NCBI GenBank assembly: GCA_017463985.1
Contig: JAFUEH010000005.1
Span: 2,005-66,004 of the forward strand
Source of the DNA: Eubacterium sp.
Lineage (GTDB): Bacteria; Bacillota; Clostridia; Oscillospirales; Acutalibacteraceae
DNA: 64,000 nucleotides
Direction: 5' to 3'
A program made the position numbers and the translations under genes. Positions 46,233 through 52,674 of this stretch are shown here, in pieces. The notes beneath the pieces were generated by a model. It did not search any database and was not told the DNA's origin. It saw only the letters and a program-made list of their open reading frames with translations. Position 1 is the first letter of the stretch, and each line of letters starts with the position of its first letter.

Positions 46233-46880
46233 TTAACCCAGGCGCGAATAACCGTAGCCGTTCGAGATCGCATCGACTGGAATACCCTTGGCGCAGTAGG
46301 GACAGGAATGCATACTGTAAGCCGTATAGCCCGGCACGTCCGCTTTCGTAAAGATGGCATTAACCGGTGCTCCTTCCACCTGATCAACGGCGGAAAAAAC
46401 GGCTGAGATACCGGCAACGCTGCCGCCGTAATAGGCAATGCTTTCCATCGCGCGCGCCACTGTTCTGCCGGAAGTGATACAGGAAATCAGAATCACCACG
46501 CGCTTATCCTTGATCATGCGCAGCAGGTTATCCCGAAAGATCAGGTTGCCGGAGGCGTCGTATTCCGCGCTGACAACATACAGCTCCTGCTGCGGATTCG
46601 GGCTGAGCATACTCGGGCGCGCTAGCTCGTGCGCCAGGTAAGCGCCAAGGGTCTGCGTTTCGTACAAACACAGCACCGTATCAACATGAATGTCGTTTTC
46701 GTTATAGTACTGCGACAGCATCATTGCCGCGTCTACCGAAACGGCATGGTTGTGCTTAATGTCGGAGGTCCCGATGTAAAAGTTGATATGATTGTTGGCC
46801 GAAACAAAATGCCCCGGCATCACGTGAATAAAAATGCGCTCGTTGCGCGCACTGGTCAGGGTATAAATCGTTGTGCTCAT
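46233..46880 (-). CDS. Phosphoribosyltransferase-family protein
   Basis: PRPP-binding loop RVVILISCITSGRTV. Confidence 0.7.
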   Translation of the reverse strand: MSTTIYTLTSARNERIFIHVMPGHFVSANNHINFYIGTSDIKHNHAVSVDAAMMLSQYYNENDIHVDTVLCLYETQTLGAYLAHELARPSMLSPNPQQELYVVSAEYDASGNLIFRDNLLRMIKDKRVVILISCITSGRTVARAMESIAYYGGSVAGISAVFSAVDQVEGAPVNAIFTKADVPGYTAYSMHSCPYCAKGIPVDAISNGYGYSRLG

Positions 46881-46999
46881 GCTATCAGCTCCTTTCTTTC
46901 ATATTACATGATTCCTACCGCTTTTGCAATAGAAAAAAAGAAGCAGCACCGCCGCAACCGCCGATTTTCATTAAATCAAAAATAAATTGCAAAAAAATA

Positions 47000-47028
47000 T
47001 TGACATTCGCCGCCAAATTTGGTATGAT
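47000..47028 (+). promoter_or_regulatory. sigma-A promoter of tRNA-Asn
   Basis: TTGACA (47000-47005), 17-nt spacer, TGgTATGAT (-10 at 47023-47028), about 20 nt before the tRNA. Confidence 0.7.
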
Positions 47029-47050
47029 AGCTAAGCACTAAAAAGAACAT

Positions 47051-47126
47051 TCCTCTTTAGCTCAGTTGGTAGAGCACTCGGCTGTTAACCGAGTTGTCGC
47101 TGGTTCGAGCCCGGCAAGGGGAGCCA
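47051..47126 (+). tRNA. tRNA-Asn (anticodon GUU)
   Basis: Cloverleaf folded by hand. Acceptor TCCTCTT/AAGGGGA (one G-U), D-arm AGCTCAGTTGGTAGAGC, anticodon arm CTCGG-CTGTTAA-CCGAG, T-arm GCTGG-TTCGAGC-CCGGC, encoded CCA. Confidence 0.95.
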
Positions 47127-47134
47127 AATTGGAT

Positions 47135-47182
47135 AAGCCCGAACTTTACGCTAATAAGCAAAGGTTTCGGGTTTATTTTTTA
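47135..47182 (+). terminator. Terminator after tRNA-Asn
   Basis: AAGCCCGAA ... TTCGGGTTT stem followed by ATTTTTT. Confidence 0.6.
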
Positions 47183-47245
47183 TCTTCCTGTCGAAACGTA
47201 TTAACAGATTACGGCAGAGGCTGTTGCACCTCTGCCGTGTACTTG

Positions 47246-47398
47246 TTAATCGGGGTTTTCTTGATTTTTCCGTTTCTCCTGTTTTTTCTTCCATTCTTCA
47301 AATTCTTTTTGACCTTTTTCAGAGTCAAAGAATGCTTGTATCTGCGGGAGAAGCAATCTCGAAAACGCTTCGATTTCGTGTTGTGGAAAATTTGCCAT
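47246..47398 (-). CDS. Possible 50-aa hypothetical protein
   Basis: My translation: MANFPQHEIEAFSRLLLPQIQAFFDSEKGQKEFEEWKKKQEKRKNQENPD. No good RBS. Followed by a 10-bp perfect hairpin (47211-47238). Confidence 0.3.
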   Translation of the reverse strand: MANFPQHEIEAFSRLLLPQIQAFFDSEKGQKEFEEWKKKQEKRKNQENPD

Positions 47399-47542
47399 AC
47401 GGCAACACTAACTTTACTTGATTTTATATCACCCTCCCATCCTTAAGTTATTGTCGCAGTCATAACTGCCTTTATTATTGTTTTCATATTGTTTACCTTT
47501 CTGCCTGCCCTGTAGATCAACAGAGCAGGACTTTTTAGTATT

Positions 47543-48892
47543 TTACATTGATTGCTCAAAGCCGTAATCGTCTTCGACTTTTTGACCGTGAGCGAGCTTC
47601 TTTTCTTTCTCCTTTTGGGAGAGCCGTGCGTGCTTTCTGCGTGGCTTATGCGTTTGGTTATCAATCATTTCAAATAGATTTCCAACAAAATATAGGCTGT
47701 CAGAAATAACACTTGGACGGCTGTAGGAATTCCAATCAGCAGTGGCAGGAGTTTCTTCCTGATATCCGAAGTTGTTTCCGACAGATTGTTTATCTGAAAG
47801 CCAAACTGTTCGTTCTGCCTCCCAACCTGTTGTGATAACGCTTCCGTCTTGTCGGATATACTTTCCGTCATCTTTTTGGATGCCGTTTCCGCCGCTGATT
47901 CGATTGCTGTCTTCTGTTTTTCCAGAACGCCTTTTACGGCTTGCAGCGATGTTTCGTCCGCTTTGTCCAGAGCCACGTAATAAATCGCTGTCAGTTGGTC
48001 GCACTGTGTCTGCTGTAGTTCTATCATCTTTTCCCACATTTTCGTATCGACTATCGTAAGATTGGTTGCCTTTTCCATCTGCTGAATGGCGGCTGCGTTC
48101 TTCTGCTTCAAGCTTTCGAATTTCGAATTCATAAGTCATTTCCTCCTTTCTGTATTTTTCTTCGTGGAGTTTTATGTCGCGGCATTTCATACCGTTTGGA
48201 CAAGTATAAGTGATATATTTTCTTTCGCTTGTCCACCTGACCTGGTAGCCGTGTTGTTTCATAAATTCAAAGAAGTCGTGTTTGTTTTTACATTGCTTCA
48301 TCGCCGCATCAATTACAAACATCAATTCAAACTTCCAGCTCGCACCTTTTTCAGCCGCACGAAGTTCGCCTTGTTCCAAACCCGAAGGTGTATTGTAATC
48401 ATACGGTTTCAGAACTTTTGCGCCGTGGCGCTGACAAATATCATCGCTCAACTTACGCAGGTGTTTGAGTGTCTGTGGACTCTGTCGGAGCCGCTTCCCC
48501 GTTTCAAGATTTATCGGGCTGATGATGAAGTGATTATGCAGATGTCCTCTGTCAATATGCGTTGCGACTAACACCTGATGATTAGTCCAAGCCTTTTCAG
48601 CAAACTCCAGACCGATAGCGTGGACTTCATCAGCAGTTATTTCTTCCTTTGAATCGAACGACTGAATATATTGATAGAAGAAACGCTCGCTATAATTAGT
48701 CCCCTTGAACGGATAAGCACTGCGTGTCAGCATCATTTCGTTGTAGGCATTAAGCCCGTTACAGTTGATACCCGACACGTAACGCATACTGTTATAGGCG
48801 AGCGTTTTCTTTTCCTGTGTAACATATTCAATCGACTTCTGCAGTGCCGTTTTACTTTGGTGAGAGTTTTTTACAAATTTCACTATTGGCAT
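47543..48892 (-). CDS. Relaxase / mobilization nuclease (MobA/VirD2 family)
   Basis: ATG at 48892 (MPIVKF) behind AGGAGA. Catalytic-Tyr region N-terminus and histidine triad HIDRGHLHNHFII. Long low-complexity C-terminal half. Confidence 0.9.
   Translation of the reverse strand: MPIVKFVKNSHQSKTALQKSIEYVTQEKKTLAYNSMRYVSGINCNGLNAYNEMMLTRSAYPFKGTNYSERFFYQYIQSFDSKEEITADEVHAIGLEFAEKAWTNHQVLVATHIDRGHLHNHFIISPINLETGKRLRQSPQTLKHLRKLSDDICQRHGAKVLKPYDYNTPSGLEQGELRAAEKGASWKFELMFVIDAAMKQCKNKHDFFEFMKQHGYQVRWTSERKYITYTCPNGMKCRDIKLHEEKYRKEEMTYEFEIRKLEAEERSRHSADGKGNQSYDSRYENVGKDDRTTADTVRPTDSDLLRGSGQSGRNIAASRKRRSGKTEDSNRISGGNGIQKDDGKYIRQDGSVITTGWEAERTVWLSDKQSVGNNFGYQEETPATADWNSYSRPSVISDSLYFVGNLFEMIDNQTHKPRRKHARLSQKEKEKKLAHGQKVEDDYGFEQSM
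47665..48132 (-). CDS. Candidate overprinted gene inside the relaxase gene (coiled-coil plus C-terminal TM, 155 aa)
   Basis: Alternative frame open for 155 codons. ATG preceded by AAAGGAGG at 9-nt spacing. Protein-like product ending in TM LLPLLIGIPTAVQVLFLTAYILL. Confidence 0.4.
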   Translation of the reverse strand: MNSKFESLKQKNAAAIQQMEKATNLTIVDTKMWEKMIELQQTQCDQLTAIYYVALDKADETSLQAVKGVLEKQKTAIESAAETASKKMTESISDKTEALSQQVGRQNEQFGFQINNLSETTSDIRKKLLPLLIGIPTAVQVLFLTAYILLEIYLK

Positions 48893-49199
48893 CTGCAATC
48901 TCCTGAAGCAAAACAATAATTTCGTTTTGCTTTTCAAGCACTTTGTCAAAGTTATATGACCTGACAGCGCCGCTATTAATCTTTCTTGCTATCTGATTAA
49001 TGTTGTTACCCATACGATTCATTTCAGCAACGGCGGGCTTCAAATCTTCGGGAACAAATATCAGCGGATGGCAAGTAGCGGCGACAATAAAATCAGTTAA
49101 ATTCATCTTTGCCTTTTGCGCCTGTTCTGTGATTCTACGCTTTTCTTTATCGGTCAGACGAACCGTAAGCGTATTATTTCGTTTTCTGTTTTCGTTCAT
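48852..49199 (-). CDS. mobC: Relaxosome accessory protein MobC
   Basis: RHH-like TVRLTDKEKRRITEQA and the MobC motif MNRMGNNINQIARKINSG. RBS TAGGAGA. Confidence 0.9.
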   Translation of the reverse strand: MNENRKRNNTLTVRLTDKEKRRITEQAQKAKMNLTDFIVAATCHPLIFVPEDLKPAVAEMNRMGNNINQIARKINSGAVRSYNFDKVLEKQNEIIVLLQEIADANSEICKKLSPK

Positions 49200-49226
49200 T
49201 TAATCATCTCCTAAAAAAAGTGGGTT

Positions 49227-49297
49227 CGGGCTTCTGCCCGTAATATCGTGCCCGGTGGATAGCCGGGCGCTCTGCTTTGCCTCAGCCAAAGGCTGAG
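49227..49297. other. Candidate oriT region (three hairpins upstream of mobC)
   Basis: CGGGC-TTCT-GCCCG (49227-49240), GCCCGG-N7-CCGGGC (49250-49268), CTCAGCC-AAA-GGCTGAG (49281-49297). Some may instead terminate the HTH gene. Confidence 0.35.
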
Positions 49298-49330
49298 AAA
49301 TTGAATTCCAAAGGGGAAAAGAAATGCGGT

Positions 49331-49633
49331 TTACAGAAGGTTTGTAACCGTGTAAAGATTAGAGCGTTTGTTGCCTGTGTTCGGGTCGTAGCGATGAGTA
49401 ATTTCAAGAAGTCCTTTATCTACAAGTCCTTTGATTGCGGAATCAACTACCGGCAGAGAAATATTACAGTTCTTTTGAATGTTTTTTCTTGACGGAAACG
49501 ACTGCTGCTTTTTGTCCGAGCACTTAATCAGATAACAGTAAACTGAGAGCTCTTTCGGTAGCAAACCGTATTCAAAGATTTTGTTGTCGATGAGAAAAAA
49601 TCTTCCCGACGGTCTCTTTTCATTTCGTACCAT
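49331..49633 (-). CDS. Winged-helix DNA-binding protein of mobile elements
   Basis: 100 aa. LSVYCYLIKCSDKKQQSFPSRKNIQKNCNISLPVVDSAIKGLVDKGLL wHTH pattern. Strong RBS AAAGGAGG. Confidence 0.75.
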   Translation of the reverse strand: MVRNEKRPSGRFFLIDNKIFEYGLLPKELSVYCYLIKCSDKKQQSFPSRKNIQKNCNISLPVVDSAIKGLVDKGLLEITHRYDPNTGNKRSNLYTVTNLL

Positions 49634-49823
49634 TTGCGTTACCTCCTTTCTTCAGATTTTGATTTTTCTTTTTAAGATTTGATGAGAACGCAGAAGGAAA
49701 AGTGGACGCAATATTCATATTGCGTTTGGTACTTCACCCTTCCAATAGTTAAATATAAAGAAAAATCGCAATCACAGAAAATCGTGTGAACGTCCAAAAA
49801 TCCGTACAGAAAAAGTGTGATTA

Positions 49824-49853
49824 TTGCTTTTGAAAATATCGGAGTGGTATAAT
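49824..49853 (+). promoter_or_regulatory. Promoter of the 49871 gene
   Basis: TTGCTT, 18-nt spacer, extended -10 TGgTATAAT (49848-49853). Confidence 0.5.
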
Positions 49854-49870
49854 TATGGTGAGGTGATGGT

Positions 49871-51013
49871 ATGGTTTATCTTGAGAGAGATGAGGTAGGA
49901 ATCTACAACCCAACCTATTTTTCAATTGACATTGTTGACGACCATTTTATGATGGGCGGAAAGAAATATATTCTCGGACAGTTCATGGCTGACGTAGCCA
50001 ATCTGTCCACGGAATATATCAAGGGATTATTAAGATTAAGCATCCGCTTGTTTCAGAATTATTCAGAGATACAAGTTGCCGGAGGATATATAAAAGATAA
50101 CTTTGTTAAGGCAAAAGAACAGGTTAACGAAATCTTAAACTATATTCAGGACACAGCACCGTTTTGCTATTACAACATTGACCAGGCAAGAGTGCTCTTG
50201 GATAAATATTTCTGTGACAGCAGTTATGAAAAATATGATTCACTAAATTCAACAGAGGATATTTCCCTGCTTGACGACGCAAATCGACTTTTGAAAAGCT
50301 TTTGTTATATAGCAAATGACATTGCGAATTTTAATCTTGTAATTATCAACTTTACCGCGTTCATTATGAGCGGCGGGTCAAGAAAAAAGGATAGTTTAGC
50401 TGCCGATGCATTTGTGTTTTTTTCGAGTGAAAAGTACATGAAATATTTTGAGACGGCGAATGCAATTCCGTATATGGCAGGAGTGAATTTAAGACCTTGG
50501 GTTACGCAAGTTCCCGTTGCGATTCCCGATTATGAAACAGAAAGCGTAACCATTGCCCGCCGTTTGTATTTCACCAGGTTTATGGACTTTCTGATTACGG
50601 AGTTATTTGAAGCGTTAAGCCACGGGCATTACCTTTGGAGGTGCGGCGTGTGCGGTAAATATTTTTTGATGACTACTGCCCGCAGACAGTTGTACTGTTC
50701 CGACGTAAACGAAGAATACGGCGTTCCCTGTTCCTACGCTGCAAGTCATCCTGACGTGATAAAAAAGAAACTTGAAAAGGAAAACAAGAAAAACTCGCCG
50801 ATATATATTCTCTGGCAGAGGCGGTATAACTCTATCAGAAAAAATAAAAGCAACGGCAAATACAGCGACGCCGTATCTGCTGAAGCCAAGAAGATTATTG
50901 ATGCGAAACGTGACAGAGCACGTATTGATTTTGATTACGCAAAAAATGAATATGAAAAAGAAATGGAATTGAATTTAATCTATGAAGAGGCAATCAGAAA
51001 TGTGGATGGATGA
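49871..51013 (+). CDS. Hypothetical protein with Cys4 motif
   Basis: 380 aa. CGVCGKYF-x11-YCSDVNEEYGVPCSY (CxxC...C...C). RBS GGTGAGGTGA. Confidence 0.7.
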   Translation: MVYLERDEVGIYNPTYFSIDIVDDHFMMGGKKYILGQFMADVANLSTEYIKGLLRLSIRLFQNYSEIQVAGGYIKDNFVKAKEQVNEILNYIQDTAPFCYYNIDQARVLLDKYFCDSSYEKYDSLNSTEDISLLDDANRLLKSFCYIANDIANFNLVIINFTAFIMSGGSRKKDSLAADAFVFFSSEKYMKYFETANAIPYMAGVNLRPWVTQVPVAIPDYETESVTIARRLYFTRFMDFLITELFEALSHGHYLWRCGVCGKYFLMTTARRQLYCSDVNEEYGVPCSYAASHPDVIKKKLEKENKKNSPIYILWQRRYNSIRKNKSNGKYSDAVSAEAKKIIDAKRDRARIDFDYAKNEYEKEMELNLIYEEAIRNVDG

Positions 51014-51902
51014 ATTCAATGAAGAGTTCGACGTAATGGAATCGGAACGTGCTGATGCTAAAGATTATGACGCAGACAGCGAGTACGATATCGTTATTAC
51101 GGACAGACCGTTCATCTATCAAATGAAAAAACCGCCGCCTCGGCTTGACGATTTAAACGATTACTTCGTTAAATACAAAACCGAGAACGACGGCGGATAT
51201 ATAGAGCAGTTTCTTCATTATTATGAGGGAATACTTAACAGCAGAGTCTGGCGGTTCATTATGAATTTTCATCTTGAACCGAACAGGCGTGATGACCTGA
51301 AACAGATTTTCTGCGACGTTATGCTTGAAAAGCTGTCGGACTTATCCCCTGATGATGAAGTGGTTTTTCTTCAGCAAATCAAATATATCGTTCAGGGCGA
51401 GTGGCGTAATTATGTTCGCACCTGCTGCAACTCTGTATACGTTGACAAGGTCGGCACTTACGATAATATTCGCAAGGTGGCACGGCTGTATTATGAAAAG
51501 GAAGGACTCGTTCCTTATGATGAGTTGGTAAGCGAAATAGCAGAGAAAGTTAAACTCACCGCAAGAACGGTTGATAGATTTATTAAAGATGCACTGTCTG
51601 CGAGATACGCAGACGATATTGATAATGATGAAACGCCGGAGCCCGCTGCGTCTGAACCTGAGGATAATTATACAAGGGAAGAAATAGTTGAATCGTTTAG
51701 AGTATTAGACCCGATTGAGCTGCGCATATTGGAGCTCTATGCAGGCGTTGACACGAAAACCTTTGAGATGATTCCGCCGCTGAGCTATGACCGTATTGCA
51801 ATGATGACGGGCTATGATTCCGAAAGCACGATTGAAAAGAAACTCAAGGAAATCAAGGCGAAGGTTAAGGAAGAATTAATTTATATCCATTACGGAGAAT
51901 AA
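51000..51902 (+). CDS. Sigma-70-like protein (region 2-like and region 4-like HTH)
   Basis: C-terminal LELYAGVDTKTFEMIPPLSYDRIAMMTGYDSESTIEKKLKEIKAKV resembles sigma region 4. Mid-region DDLKQIFCDVMLEKL is region 2-like. ATG at 51000 behind GAAGAGG; the ORF opens at 50982. Confidence 0.55.
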   Translation: MWMDEFNEEFDVMESERADAKDYDADSEYDIVITDRPFIYQMKKPPPRLDDLNDYFVKYKTENDGGYIEQFLHYYEGILNSRVWRFIMNFHLEPNRRDDLKQIFCDVMLEKLSDLSPDDEVVFLQQIKYIVQGEWRNYVRTCCNSVYVDKVGTYDNIRKVARLYYEKEGLVPYDELVSEIAEKVKLTARTVDRFIKDALSARYADDIDNDETPEPAASEPEDNYTREEIVESFRVLDPIELRILELYAGVDTKTFEMIPPLSYDRIAMMTGYDSESTIEKKLKEIKAKVKEELIYIHYGE

Positions 51903-51937
51903 GCGTACCCGTTGCTGACGGATACGCTTATTTCGTT
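51901..51937. terminator. Terminator between convergent genes
   Basis: AAGCGTA..CCGT-loop-ACGG..TACGCTT followed by ATTTCGTT. Confidence 0.55.
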
Positions 51938-51948
51938 ATGTTCACATA

Positions 51949-52662
51949 TTAATTCTTTGTTTGTGACGAGATATTGTTAATTATTTCTTGTGTTATAATG
52001 TCTCTTTTAATCTCCCATGTTTTTGAGTCGATGCAAAAAAGATTATCAAGAAACAGTAAAAAAATATTATCAAATTTATAAATCCAATTTGGCTTGTTAT
52101 ACAATTCTTTTATTGACGAAACAAATAGGCTAATCAGATCATCTATTATTTCTTCTTGGCAAATACAGTAATTTAGTTGTTCTTGTACTATTATGCATAA
52201 ATCATTTCTGCTAAACAATCTATAATGATTATTAAGTTTGCAGAGTTTTTCAGATATGGCATGCATTATATCGTCCGCAGTGGATTCATTTGTTATCAGT
52301 TTTCCAAAATAAAAACATAATACAAGATTACCAGACTCTTTTTCTTTGTAATAATATAAACAACTATTTTGGAGACTTCTCTGTGCATATAGTATTTCAT
52401 TTGAATCAACAGATACAGGAGCTCCATTGAACCCCATTTTCTTCAACTGTTTTTTTGAAATAACTTGAAGCGGTTTATTCAGGTTCTTTCTACAGAAAGC
52501 ATCAACTTCACCATTTTTTGTGGTTATGGCGCGGGTTATCTCAAGTCCAGTTGTATTGTTGTAGTAATCTGGAGCTTCCCCTTTAATCATATTGGTAACA
52601 TTAGGGTAAAAAAAGCCAAGAATGCTTATTGCGTATTCTTCGTAATCGTTTTTATTCCACAT
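51949..52662 (-). CDS. Orphan protein, last gene of the 8-gene operon (gene H)
   Basis: 237 aa, RBS AAGGTGA, 12-nt gap after gene G. No recognisable domain. N-terminal E..-PD-..LEITR arrangement weakly reminiscent of PD-(D/E)xK nucleases. Confidence 0.7.
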   Translation of the reverse strand: MWNKNDYEEYAISILGFFYPNVTNMIKGEAPDYYNNTTGLEITRAITTKNGEVDAFCRKNLNKPLQVISKKQLKKMGFNGAPVSVDSNEILYAQRSLQNSCLYYYKEKESGNLVLCFYFGKLITNESTADDIMHAISEKLCKLNNHYRLFSRNDLCIIVQEQLNYCICQEEIIDDLISLFVSSIKELYNKPNWIYKFDNIFLLFLDNLFCIDSKTWEIKRDIITQEIINNISSQTKN

Positions 52663-52674
52663 TTAATCACCTTG

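Noticed and set aside
47066-47446. 126-aa + strand ORF starting inside tRNA-Asn
   Set aside because: It overlaps the tRNA and its terminator, and no RBS is present. It is an artefact of the open frame.
47443-47664. 73-aa minus-strand ORF and a 14-codon mini-ORF downstream of the relaxase
   Set aside because: The 73-aa ORF overlaps the relaxase 3' end in another frame, gives a basic low-complexity product and has no RBS. The mini-ORF is too short to support.
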